Assembly: GCA_963760735.1 (NCBI GenBank)
Contig: CAVXEB010000007.1
Location: forward strand, 543,930-607,929
Length of the DNA stretch: 64,000 bases
Reading direction: 5' to 3'
From: an uncultured Chloroflexia bacterium
GTDB lineage: Bacteria > Chloroflexota > Limnocylindria > Limnocylindrales > CSP1-4
Both the position numbers and the translations under genes were made by a program. A model generated the notes under the pieces. The model was not told the DNA's origin and searched no databases. It saw only the letters and a program-made list of their open reading frames with translations. Of the stretch, positions 31,638 through 41,861 are shown in pieces. The first letter of the stretch is position 1. Each line of letters opens with the position of its first letter.

Positions 31638-32339
31638 ATGCGCCGTGTCATCGGCCGGCGACTCCACGAGGTGGACGTCGGCTAACTCGCCCATCGGACG
31701 GCAGACGCCGATCGAGTCCTCGTCGACCTCGGCACCGGTGACGGTCGGGTCGCCGTCGGCCTCGCTCGTCGGAGACCGACCGACTTCGTGATCGGCCTCG
31801 ACGCCAGCGCCGCGGCGATGGCCGAGATGTCTCGTCGTGCCGCCCGGCCGCGGTCGAAGGGCGGCCTGCCGAACCTGCTGTTCGCCGTTTCGGCCGCCGA
31901 GTGCCCGCCCCACGACCTGTGCGGCCGAGTCGATGAGGTGACTGTCCTGTTCCCGTGGGGCTCGCTGCTGCGGGGCCTGCTTGCCCTCGATCCGGCCGCC
32001 GCCGGCGGGCTGGCGGCGCTGCTCGCGCCGGCCGGCATCGTCCGCGCGCTCGTGTCGATCGCCGACCGCGATCGGGCGGCCACCGACCTCCGACCGCTGA
32101 GCGCAGCCGACCGCGACGACCTGGCCCGACGGTGGGCGAAGTTCGGCCTCTCGGTCGTCGCGTTCACGCCGGCATCGGACGAGGAGGTCCTCGCCTCCGG
32201 CTCCAGCTGGGGCCGCCGCCTCCGAGCGGGCGAACGAGCCCGCTCGCGCGACTCGATCACCGATCGAGCGGTCTGGCGGATCGAGCTCCGACACCAGACG
32301 CCACGGGTGTCGATTGGACGGTCCGATGACCCGCGCTAG
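31638..32339 (+). pseudogene. KamB/NpmA-like 16S rRNA (adenine1408-N1)-methyltransferase with in-frame TAA at 31683-31685
   Basis: MRRVIGRRLHEVDVG*LAHRTADADRVLVDLGTGDG...GLDA...KGGLPNLLF...LFPWGSLLRG...SSWGRRL matches Kam/NpmA motifs from recall. Confidence 0.75.
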
Positions 32340-32351
32340 AATCTCGCGACC

Positions 32352-33158
32352 GTGCGTCGCCTCCCGGTCCGCCGCCTGCCCCGCCCCAGCGCCCTGGTCG
32401 TCGCCGCGATCACGGCGCTGACGCTCGCGCTCACGAGCGGTCCGTCCCTCGCGCCAGCTCCGACGGTTTCCGCGGCGACCACGACGCGATTTCGCATCGA
32501 CACCGCCCGCACGGGAGACTTCGTCGCCCAGGCGAACTTCGTCCAGTGCGTCGGGGCCAGCATGCAGATGATGCTGAACATCATGAACCCACGGAACGAC
32601 CGCACGGCCACCACCCAGCGACGACTCCAGTCGTTCGCGCGCGACCTCTCGGGCCCGACCCGGGAAGGATTTGCCCGGAAGGGCGCCAGCGTCCGGGGCT
32701 GGTCGGCCGGGCTCAACAAGCTGGGTGCCGGGCCGTACCGCCTCGTCGGGACGACGACGCTCGCGGAGGCGATGCGGCTCGCCGCGGTCTCGATCCGGAA
32801 CACGGGCAAGCCGGTCGGGCTCCTCGTCTGGGCCGGTCGCCACGCATGGGTGATGAGCGGGTTCGAAGCGACGGCGGACCCCGCCAGGACCTCGACGTTC
32901 AAGGTGACGAAGGCGATCGTGATGGATCCGCTCTATCCCTACGGCTCGAGCCGCTGGGGCGCCAGCCCGAGACCGCGCGAGGCGATCACGACGGCGACAC
33001 TCGGCAAGCAGTTCGTGCCGCGCCGCCGCGGAATGTGGGCCGGCGCGGTCTCGAGCACCGAGAGCGCCGCGACGATGAACGCCCTCGCCGGTCGCTACGT
33101 CCTCGTGCTCCCGTACCGGCTGGTCCTTCTCGCCCGCCACCGCAGCGTCGCCGCCTGA
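32352..33158 (+). CDS. Secreted papain-like (C39-like) peptidase-fold protein
   Basis: Signal peptide; Q...CVGASMQMML, HAWVMSG, DPL (Cys-His-Asp order). Confidence 0.6.
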   Translation: MRRLPVRRLPRPSALVVAAITALTLALTSGPSLAPAPTVSAATTTRFRIDTARTGDFVAQANFVQCVGASMQMMLNIMNPRNDRTATTQRRLQSFARDLSGPTREGFARKGASVRGWSAGLNKLGAGPYRLVGTTTLAEAMRLAAVSIRNTGKPVGLLVWAGRHAWVMSGFEATADPARTSTFKVTKAIVMDPLYPYGSSRWGASPRPREAITTATLGKQFVPRRRGMWAGAVSSTESAATMNALAGRYVLVLPYRLVLLARHRSVAA

Positions 33159-33265
33159 CCGCGCCGCTCCGTCCGACCGATGAGCCGCGCGGCCGGCCGC
33201 CGTCTCATGACCGAAGGGCCCAGGACATCGCAACGGCGATCGGGCCGCAACAACGAGGTGCACGC

Positions 33266-33649
33266 GTGGACCCGTGGCCCAGGAAGCTCTCCGCGATCAC
33301 CCTCTTCACCGAGGATCTCGACGCGACGAAGCAATTCTACGCCGAGGTCTTCGGCGTGCCGAAGGTCCTCGAGGACAACGATTCCGCTGTCTTCGACTTC
33401 GGCAACACCCTCGTGAACCTGCTCCGGATGTCGGCGGTTCCGGAGCTGATCGACCCCGCCACGCCGGGTGAGGCCGATGCCGGTCCGAGGTTCCAGCTCA
33501 CGGTCGACGTCGAGGACGTCGACGCCACGTGCGCCGAGCTGGCCCGACGAGGTGTCCAGCTCCTGAACGGCCCGATGGATCGCCCGTGGGGCGTCCGGAC
33601 GGCGACCTTCCGCGACCCGGCCGGGCACGTCTGGGAGATCGCGAAGTAG
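33266..33649 (+). CDS. VOC/glyoxalase family protein
   Basis: FYAEVFG, VEDVD, DRPWGVRTATFRDPAGHVWEI. Confidence 0.9.
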   Translation: MDPWPRKLSAITLFTEDLDATKQFYAEVFGVPKVLEDNDSAVFDFGNTLVNLLRMSAVPELIDPATPGEADAGPRFQLTVDVEDVDATCAELARRGVQLLNGPMDRPWGVRTATFRDPAGHVWEIAK

Positions 33650-33686
33650 CCGACCGCGTCGGCGGAACAGGCGGTACCGTCAGGGC

Positions 33687-34751
33687 ATGACGACGACCCC
33701 ACTGATCCTCGACGTCGACACGGGGATCGACGACTCGCTTGCGCTGCTCTACGCCGCGGCCTCGCCCGAAGCGGAGATCGTCGCCGTGACCTGCGTCGGC
33801 GGGAACACCGACGCCCGGCAGGTCGAGCGGAACACCCGCGCGGTGATGGAGCTGGCCGGGCGGACGGACGTGGAGGTCTCGCTGGGACGAGAGCAGCCCC
33901 TCGTCCGGGCGGTCGAGACGACGCCCGAGACGCACGGCCCGCAGGGTCTCGGATACGCCGAGCTGCCGCCGCCGAGCCGGCCGCTCAGCGAGCGCCACGC
34001 CGCCGACCTGTTCATCGACGAGGCCCGCCGCCGGCCCGGCGAGATCACGCTCGTCACGTGCGGGCCGCTCACGAACGTTGCGGTCGCCCTCCTGCGCGAG
34101 CCCGCCCTGCCCGTCCTGCTGAAGGGCTGGGTGCTGATGGGCGGTTCCTATCGCCATCCGGGCAACACCGCGCCGACGACCGAGTGGAACATCCACTGCG
34201 ATCCCGACGCCGCGAAGATCGCGTTCTCGGCCTGGGGTGCGTCGGCGACGGCGCACGGGCACCCGCGACCGGTCGCGCTCGGGCTCGACGTCACGGAGAA
34301 GGCGAAGATCCTGCCGGACCACGTCGTCGCCCTCGCGAGGGCCGCCGGGAGCACGCCGGACGACTCGATCGCCCTCGCCCGGGGCGAGGAGCCGATGCTG
34401 GCGACGCGGTCCGTGGCGAGCAATCCGATCGTCCGCTACGTCGCCGATGCGCTGCGGTTCTACATGGAGTTCCACAGCCACTACGACGGCTTCTACGGCG
34501 CCTTCATCCACGATCCTCTGGCCGTCGCCGCGGCCCTCGATCCGGGCCTGCTGACGACCCAGCCCGTCGCCGTCGACGTCGAGCTCGGCGGGACGCTCAC
34601 GACCGGCGAGACCGTGACCGACTGGCGCGGTGTCTGGGGCCGCCCGCCGAACGTCGACGTGGCGGTGGACGCCCGCGCGGACGAGTTCCTCCGTCGGTTC
34701 GTGGAGCGGGTCGGGCGGCTGGCGGCCGACCGGGTAAACGTGGCACAGTGA
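33687..34751 (+). CDS. Nucleoside hydrolase (IUNH family)
   Basis: DVDTGIDD, GPLTN, MGG, EWNI..DP, HDP. Confidence 0.92.
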   Translation: MTTTPLILDVDTGIDDSLALLYAAASPEAEIVAVTCVGGNTDARQVERNTRAVMELAGRTDVEVSLGREQPLVRAVETTPETHGPQGLGYAELPPPSRPLSERHAADLFIDEARRRPGEITLVTCGPLTNVAVALLREPALPVLLKGWVLMGGSYRHPGNTAPTTEWNIHCDPDAAKIAFSAWGASATAHGHPRPVALGLDVTEKAKILPDHVVALARAAGSTPDDSIALARGEEPMLATRSVASNPIVRYVADALRFYMEFHSHYDGFYGAFIHDPLAVAAALDPGLLTTQPVAVDVELGGTLTTGETVTDWRGVWGRPPNVDVAVDARADEFLRRFVERVGRLAADRVNVAQ

Positions 34752-34853
34752 TCCCCGGAGGGATCGATCGGGCCGACGAGCGGGCTGTGGCCGCGCGGCG
34801 CGTGAAGGTGCGTGGGAGTGCCGGCGGGAGACGCCGACGACCGGAGGATGTCC

Positions 34854-36104
34854 GATGAACCTCGAGCTGGCTCACGATCTGCCCCGAGGGCCAGACCCAG
34901 GACTGCATCCAGTCGATCCAGCTCGTCTACCTCGCGGCACTCGTCATCGGCGTCGTCGTCATCGCCGTCATCGCCGTTCGGTCGCGTGACCTGTCGACGT
35001 CCACGCTCGTTCTGATGTCAGTGGCGATCGCGATCAACATTGCGGTCGGCGCGATCATCGTCGCTTTGCGCCTCCCGATCTACCTCGACTCGATCGGCAC
35101 GGTGCTCGTTGGCGCCCTGGCCGGGCCGTGGGCCGGCGCCCTGACCGGATTGCTGGCGAACCTCATCTGGTCGATCCTGCCCGTGCCAGGCGGGGCCGGA
35201 CCCGTCATCGCGTTCTTCGCGCCGGTGGCCGGCGTCATCGGCCTGATGGCTGGCTTCTGGGCGAGCCGGGGCGTGTTCCGCCTCCGGCCGAACGACACCC
35301 GGGTCGGTGGGTTCCTGGCGCTCGCGGCGGGCATCGCTGCGGCGGGCGATCGGGCTCCTCGTCGTCCAGCTGACGATCGGGATCCCCTCGCTCGACTTCG
35401 ACGATCCCAACGCCACCGACAACCAGACCCGGTTCGTGCTGATCTCGGTCGCCCTGCTCGACCCTCGGCATCGTCGTCACCTGGATCAGCGGCCGGACTG
35501 TCTTCCAGCTCGATGGCCAGCCCGATCGGGCACGAAGCTATCTGCAGGTGGCAGCCGCGTTGACGGCGGGCCTCTTGATCTTTGCGGTGATCCGCCTCCT
35601 CATCGGCCCGACGGGCTATTTCTCCGGCCTCGACGGGATCGGACCCGGACGGCGACGGCCCGCTCGGTCCGCTGTTCGGTGGGGCGAACCTGACCGGGCT
35701 GGCGTTCGCCGACCCGGGAGGCCTGATCGTGGCCCTCGGGATCGGGTTCGTCATCGCGGCGCTCGTCTGGACGTGGGCTCGACGCGGCGAGAACGCCCGC
35801 CTGTTCCCGGTCTGGGTCGGCGGCCTCACAACCGGACTGGTCGCCGCGGCAATCTCCGCGCCGATCGCGGCTGGCGTTTTCGGCAGGCGTCACCGGCGGC
35901 GGCACTGACGCGCTGGTCGCACTGTTCCGGACGCTCGGATTGAACGTGTTCCAGTCCGCCTTCGCCCAGGGCCTGACGAGCGACCCGCTCGACAAGACGA
36001 TCAGCTACACGATCGTCTACGCGATCCTGATCGCCCTGCCGATCACGGTTCGGACGATGTTCAGTCGGGGCGAGGAAACCGTGGTGGAGCCGGCGGGGGC
36101 CTAG
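34854..36104 (+). CDS. ECF transporter S component, enlarged (several frameshifts)
   Basis: AIAINI...LPIYLDSIGTVLVGALAGPWAG N-part; SDPLDKTISY C-part; start approximate. Confidence 0.75.
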
Positions 36105-36141
36105 CCCCGCGCCACCGCCTCGGATCCGGAACGACTCGAGG

Positions 36142-36921
36142 GTGTCAGCGACCTCCGGCTATTACCGATCCGGCACGAGCTGGCTCCACCATCGGCATCC
36201 GGTGACGAAGCTGCTTGGGGTCGCGTTCGTCCTCCTGACCACGTTCATCTTGGCGCCGGTCGTCCTGGTCCCGCTCGCGGTCGGTCTGCTCCTGCTCGCC
36301 GCGTCCGCCGGGCTGCTCCGAGCATTGATCCGGGCTCTCCGGATCCCGCTCGTCCTGTTGGCCTCGATCGTCGTCGTCAATGCGCTCTTCTTTCCGGGCG
36401 CCGTTGATCGGCTGTTCTCCATAGGGCCGCTTTCGGTCACTCGAGAGGGCTTGACGTTCGGGGTCGTCTCGGCCGGACGGGTGTTCGTGGCGTTCCTCGC
36501 GTCGGTCCTCTTCCTGTTTACGACTCTTGCGGACGACCTCCTCGAGGCGCTCGTCGCGCGTGGCGCCAGCCACCGCTTTGCGTTCGTCGTCCTGTCGGCC
36601 GTGCAGATGGTGCCGCGGATGCAAAGCCGGGCAGGCTCGATCCTCGAGGCCCAGCAGGCCAGGGGTCTCCCGATCCGCGGATCGCTCCGGGTCCGGGCGC
36701 GCGCCCTCGTGCCGTTGATCGCACCCGTCCTGTTGGGGTCGCTGATCGACGTCCGTGAGCGGACGTTCGCCCTCGAGGCGCGCGGCTTCGGGGCTCGTCG
36801 GGAGCGCAGCGCATACCGCGTCGTCGTCGATCCCCCCGGAGATCGCCTGCTGCGTTGGCTGATCGTCGTGGCGATGTTCGGAGTGGTGGTGCTCGCGGTG
36901 ACGGGCGCCCTCGGCCGATGA
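36142..36921 (+). CDS. ecfT: ECF transporter T component
   Basis: HPVTK, AQQARG, ALEARGF motifs. Confidence 0.9.
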   Translation: MSATSGYYRSGTSWLHHRHPVTKLLGVAFVLLTTFILAPVVLVPLAVGLLLLAASAGLLRALIRALRIPLVLLASIVVVNALFFPGAVDRLFSIGPLSVTREGLTFGVVSAGRVFVAFLASVLFLFTTLADDLLEALVARGASHRFAFVVLSAVQMVPRMQSRAGSILEAQQARGLPIRGSLRVRARALVPLIAPVLLGSLIDVRERTFALEARGFGARRERSAYRVVVDPPGDRLLRWLIVVAMFGVVVLAVTGALGR

Positions 36922-38663
36922 CCGAAGTTGCGGCGGATGCCTCGGACGGGATCGCCGCCCGGGACCTGCGAGTCCGCTATCCGGGCCGTTCGACGCCGGC
37001 CCTTGCCGGGATCGACCTCGATGCGAGGCCGGGTGAGCTGCTGGGCGTCGCCGGACGAACCGGCGCCGGCAAATCGACGTTGGCGCTCGCCGTCGCAGGC
37101 TTCCTGCCACGTGTCGTCCGCGCGGCGGTCGAAGGAACACTTCGCGTGGACGGCATCGATCCCATCCGGGCGACCGCCGCCGACCTGCTCGGACGCGCCG
37201 GGATCGTGTTCGCGACGCCGGCCAACCAGCTGTCCGCCTCGAAGCAGACGGTCCGCGAGGAGCTCGCGTTCGGGCTCGAGAACCTCGGCGTCCCCCGTCC
37301 GGAGATGGATGGCCGGATCGACGATGTCCTGGACCGACTCGGGATCGCCCTCCTGGCCGATCGAGAGCCGTTCGCGCTGTCCGGCGGGGAGCAGCAGAGA
37401 GTGGCGATCGCGAGCATTGTCGCCATGGGCAGCCGCGTCCTTGCCCTCGACGAGCCGACCGCCCAGCTGGATCCGGGCGGAACGGCGGCCGTCGTCGAGC
37501 TCCTCGTCGCGCTGGCTCGCGATGGAGCGACGATCCTTGTTGCGGAGCACGATCCCGTGGTCCTCGGCAGCCTCGACCGGGTCCTCGTGCTCAATGCCGG
37601 CCGAGTCGCGGCGAGCGCCAGACCTGGCCTCGCGCTCGGCAGCGCCGCTCTCCGGCCGATCGGCCTCGAGCCGCCGACCCTCGTCCGCCTGGCCGAGGCG
37701 GCCGGCCTGCCGCCGGGACAGGCGTTCGACGAGGACGCCATCGCCCGGGGCCTGACGAAGGGACTGGGCCCGACGGTGGTTGGGCAGGCGGCGGACCCTG
37801 GTCCCGCCTCCAGCCTCGACTGGACGGCCGTCTCGGATCGGCCATCGGTCCGGATCGAGGTCGCCGAGGTGACCCACCGCTACCCCGGCGGCATCGAGGC
37901 CGTCCGTGGGGTTTCGCTCCGGTTCGAGCCGGGCGAGACCGTCGCGATCGTGGGCCAGAACGGGTCCGGCAAGACGACGCTCGTCAAGCACCTTGACGGC
38001 CTGCTTCGGCCGGATGCCGGACGGGTGCTGATCGACGGCAGTGACATCGCCGGCCAACCGATCCATGTTCTCGCGAGGACGATCGGCTTCGTCTTCCAGA
38101 GCCCTGACGATCAGCTGTTCCAGCGCACGGTCGAGCGCGAGATCTCGTTCGGGCCACAGACGTTGGGCGTGGAGACCGCACGCATGGCCAGGCTGATCGC
38201 CGCAGCGATCGAGGCGGCCGGCCTGGCCGACGTCCGGTCGACCAACCCGTACGACCTGGACCTGAGCCGTCGCAAGCTGGTCGCCTTGGCCAGCGTGCTG
38301 GCAATCGATCCGGCCGTGCTCATCCTCGACGAGCCGACAACTGGGCAGGACGGTGAGGGCGTCTCGAGGGTCGGGTCGATCGTGGACGCCTTCGCCAACG
38401 CCGGTCGAACCGTCTTGGCGGTCACCCACGACATGGAGTTCGCCGCGCGCCATTTCGAGCGAATCGTCGTGATGCGGCAGGGCGAGGTCGCGCTCGATGG
38501 ACCGCCGAGCCGTGTCTTCGCCGCGGACGAGGTTGAACTGCTGGCTACAACCGGTCTAATCCCACCGCCCGCCGCTCGCGTCGCGGCTCGCCTCGGGCTG
38601 ATTGATGTCCCAGCGGACGCGCCCGGACTCATCAGCCTGTTGCGGAGGCGAGCCGTCTCCTGA
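36918..38663 (+). CDS. ECF transporter fused double ATPase
   Basis: GRTGAGKST/LSGGEQQR/DEPT and GQNGSGKTT/DEPT/THD. Confidence 0.92.
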   Translation: MTEVAADASDGIAARDLRVRYPGRSTPALAGIDLDARPGELLGVAGRTGAGKSTLALAVAGFLPRVVRAAVEGTLRVDGIDPIRATAADLLGRAGIVFATPANQLSASKQTVREELAFGLENLGVPRPEMDGRIDDVLDRLGIALLADREPFALSGGEQQRVAIASIVAMGSRVLALDEPTAQLDPGGTAAVVELLVALARDGATILVAEHDPVVLGSLDRVLVLNAGRVAASARPGLALGSAALRPIGLEPPTLVRLAEAAGLPPGQAFDEDAIARGLTKGLGPTVVGQAADPGPASSLDWTAVSDRPSVRIEVAEVTHRYPGGIEAVRGVSLRFEPGETVAIVGQNGSGKTTLVKHLDGLLRPDAGRVLIDGSDIAGQPIHVLARTIGFVFQSPDDQLFQRTVEREISFGPQTLGVETARMARLIAAAIEAAGLADVRSTNPYDLDLSRRKLVALASVLAIDPAVLILDEPTTGQDGEGVSRVGSIVDAFANAGRTVLAVTHDMEFAARHFERIVVMRQGEVALDGPPSRVFAADEVELLATTGLIPPPAARVAARLGLIDVPADAPGLISLLRRRAVS

Positions 38664-38666
38664 TCG

Positions 38667-39224
38667 TCAGCCGCGGCGGTGGAGCGAGACGACGACCAGC
38701 AGGAACGACGTCTCGAGGACGTCCACACCGGCGATCACGAGGGCGACCACGAGGGGCAGCGGGTGGCCGATCAGCCAGCCGGAGGCGGCGGCGAACGCGG
38801 CGACCGCGAGGAACACCAGCCGCACGCCGCGGATCATGCCGGTCACGTCGCGCTCGGCGACGAGCCCGCTCCTCGCGATCGGCACGTCGGCGGCGTCCGG
38901 GTCGCCCGCCAGCCGGGTCACGGCCGTCAGCAGCAGCACGATCCCCAGCGCAACCGAGCCGCCCACGAGCGCCGCACGGATCAGCGGCGGCGGGGTGACG
39001 ACCGTCGCGAGCGCGGTCGGATCCCAGCCGAGCGCCGTCCCGGCGGCGATCGCCGCCGCGCCACCCAGCAGCCACAGGAGTCGCGACGAGTCGGCGCCGT
39101 CACCGGCCCGATCGTCGTGCCGGCCGCGGTCGCCGCGCTTCGGATCGGGATCGTGCCCCGGCCCGGACTCGGTCGGGTCGGCGCCCTCCGGCCGGCGATG
39201 CCCGGGCTCGAACTCCGCGCTCAT
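38667..39224 (-). CDS. Hypothetical membrane protein
   Basis: About 4 hydrophobic helices; ATGA overlap. Confidence 0.65.
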   Translation of the reverse strand: MSAEFEPGHRRPEGADPTESGPGHDPDPKRGDRGRHDDRAGDGADSSRLLWLLGGAAAIAAGTALGWDPTALATVVTPPPLIRAALVGGSVALGIVLLLTAVTRLAGDPDAADVPIARSGLVAERDVTGMIRGVRLVFLAVAAFAAASGWLIGHPLPLVVALVIAGVDVLETSFLLVVVSLHRRG

Positions 39225-39874
39225 GCGGGCGGAACCCGGGCGACCACCCACAGGAACCGGGCGTCCTGGCGGTCCTCCGGTTCGGCGACCACGTCGGCGC
39301 GCTCGACGACGAAGCCGGCCTCCTCGAGGAGCCGGAGGCTCACCCGAGCCGAGAAGTGGCTGAAGTACATGTCCACGCCGAGCCAGTCCGCCTCGATCCC
39401 GCCCGGATCGTCCTCCACGCCGAGCGACGCGATGAACCGGCCGCCGGGTCGAAGCCAGTCACGGATCCGCCGCAACAGCGTGGCCTGCTCGTCGCGCGGG
39501 ACGTGGGTGAGGGAGTAGAAGGCGACGACGGCGTCCAGGCTGGCACTGGGCCACTCGAGAGTCGTCATGTCCGCCTGCCGGAAGGTGGCCTCCGGGACAT
39601 TGCGGCGGGCCCGTCGCACCTGCTCCCGCGAGATGTCGATCCCGGTCAGCCGCCGGCCCGCGGCGAGCCGGGCACTCATCGGCAACCCCGCGCCGCAGCC
39701 GAGCTCGAGGACGTCCGCCCCCGCGGGGATCAGCGCGTCGGCCAGGTCGAGCGCCGCGACCCGGGCCGCCGACGGCCGGAGCGCGCTCCACTCGAGGTAG
39801 CGATCGGCGATCGCGTCGTAGCCGGCGGCGACCACCGCCTTCGGGTCGACCGGGCCCGACACGTTCGCGGTCAC
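39221..39874 (-). CDS. Class I SAM-dependent methyltransferase
   Basis: VLELGCGAG, GIDIS, LRPGG. Confidence 0.9.
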   Translation of the reverse strand: MTANVSGPVDPKAVVAAGYDAIADRYLEWSALRPSAARVAALDLADALIPAGADVLELGCGAGLPMSARLAAGRRLTGIDISREQVRRARRNVPEATFRQADMTTLEWPSASLDAVVAFYSLTHVPRDEQATLLRRIRDWLRPGGRFIASLGVEDDPGGIEADWLGVDMYFSHFSARVSLRLLEEAGFVVERADVVAEPEDRQDARFLWVVARVPPA

Positions 39875-40323
39875 GACGCCCCCACCAGGATCTCGACCGG
39901 ATGGATCGTGCCGTCGACGATCCGGTACGCGCCGAGGGCCGGCTCGTCCGCGGCGAGCGACACGAGGAGATAGATCGCGTCCGGGTAGAACGCCAGCCCC
40001 ACGTCGGTCGGGCTGGGCGACGCGGGCGAACGGACGTGGCTGTGGACGATCGCCCAGAACACCTCGTCGGCGTCGTCGGTCGCGATCGTCAGCCGGAGCA
40101 GGTCGTCGGGGTGGATCTCGTAGCGGTACGGCGACGCGGCCTTGTTGCGGGTCGGCTCGAAGCGGAGCGCGGTGCCACCGGCGGCCGCCGGCCGGTCGCC
40201 CACGATCAGGCCGCAGGCCTCGTTGGGGTCCTCCGCCCGGGCATGGGCCACGATCGCCTCGACGAGCGCGACCGGCAGGTGGACGGACGGCGGCCCGGGA
40301 TGGGACACGAGGGGTGACGACAT
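39871..40323 (-). CDS. mec: JAB/Mov34 (M67) metallopeptidase, CysO-Cys peptidase-like
   Basis: NEACG, HSHVRSPASPSPTD JAMM motif; near cysO-cysM. Confidence 0.85.
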   Translation of the reverse strand: MSSPLVSHPGPPSVHLPVALVEAIVAHARAEDPNEACGLIVGDRPAAAGGTALRFEPTRNKAASPYRYEIHPDDLLRLTIATDDADEVFWAIVHSHVRSPASPSPTDVGLAFYPDAIYLLVSLAADEPALGAYRIVDGTIHPVEILVGAS

Positions 40324-40420
40324 CGTCAGCCCATCCTATCCCGGCGCGGCCGACCGCCCCGCCGAGGGTGGTTCGGGTGGATTGACCGCCGCCTTGGATC
40401 GACCGTACCGTTGCCCGACG

Positions 40421-41813
40421 ATGGGTGCCGATCCTGGTTCGACGGATCGTGGGGCGCGCACGGCGGCGGGCCGCCGTCTCGGGGCGCTGGCGTGCGTCGT
40501 CCAGCTGATCGTCGTCGGCTGCGGAAGTGCTCCCGTGCCACCGACCACGCGGCCGGCCGCGACCGACGTCCAGGTGGCCGTCGGCTCGCCGGTCGCGACA
40601 GCGACTCCGATCCAGACCGCCGAGTCGTCGGCCACGCCCGGCCCGTCGCCCACGAGTTCGATCGTGCCGCAACCCTCTCCCGTCGCCTCGACGCGACCGC
40701 CAGGATCGAGCGTGCCCGACCCGGACCCCGGCACCGACGCCCGCAGCGACGCCGCGCCCGACCCCGAGGGCCGCGTCCCCGACCTCGTTCTCGTGGAGCG
40801 TCCTCAGGATCGACCCGGACCCGGTGACGTTCAGCGGCACCGGCCATCCCGGGAAGCCGAACAGCGTCGCGTCGATCGCGGGAAACCTGATCGTCGGCGG
40901 CTACCGCGCGCCAGGTCCGAGCACGGGCACCGCGACCGGAGCCGTCTGGACGTCGTCGGATGGGCACTCATGGACGGTGACCGAGCTCACCGGAACGGGC
41001 GGCGTCGCGGTCGCGTCCGATGGATCCCACGCAGTCGCGCTGGGCGGCGACGATGGCTGGATCTCCACCGACGGCCGGACCTGGACGCCTGTCCCGTCGT
41101 CGCCGCCGTCGTTCGGCGGCAGCGTGATCGGCCTCCCTTCGGGTGGGTTCCTCGCGAGCGCGGACCGCGGCGCCGCGGACACACACTGTTCGGTCTGGTT
41201 CTCGCCGACCGGCGAGACGTGGAGCCGACGCTCGACAGGTCCGGTCGGCGGCACCTGCCCAACCGACCTCGCCGTGGGTCCCGACGGCGTTGTCGCCGTC
41301 GGCTCGACCTTCCCGACCAGCAACCATGGCTGGATCTCGTGGTCGGGCGATCTCGGCCGGTCGTGGCGGACGGTGGTCGCTTCGATCGGTCACCCGGTCA
41401 CGGTCGTCAGTGCCCTGAACGGCGGATTCCTCGCAGCGACGAGCTCCTTCGGCGCCGGGCAGGACCTCCACGGGGAGACGTGGCGATCAGCCGACGGACA
41501 GGCGTGGAGGATGGTCGGAACGATCCCGTTGCGACACAGCTATTCGTACACCGACCTGCACTCCATCGTCCGCTTCGGCACCGGGTATCTCGCGTTCGGC
41601 CACTCCGGGATCCCGGACTCGACCTTCGCCGAGGCGAGGTCCAGCCAAACGGGCTCGACCTGGAGCTCGACGCCCTGGGGCGTCGAGCGGGGCGACGTCG
41701 AGCTGCTCGATGGCGTCGTCTGGAAGAGCCGCGTCGTCGTCGTCGGCGAGTCCGACTCCGCCTCCGAGGGCGAGCTCAACAACGTCCTCGCGTTCATCGG
41801 CACTCCGAGGTAG
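40421..41813 (+). CDS. Lipoprotein with P/T/S linker and BNR-like repeats (frameshift near 40720)
   Basis: IVVGC lipobox; WTSSDG.SW, ISTDGRTW, SADGQAW repeats. Confidence 0.6.
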
Positions 41814-41861
41814 CGTCGGGCGGTCAGCACCGCCCAGGTTCGCCCAGCCTCGTCGGCAGAG

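Noticed and set aside
31683-31685. Stop codon recoded as Sec or Pyl
   Set aside because: The codon is TAA, not TGA or TAG, and lies at a non-catalytic position
34752-34853. preQ1 or purine riboswitch before the ECF S component
   Set aside because: No consensus elements or A-rich tail visible
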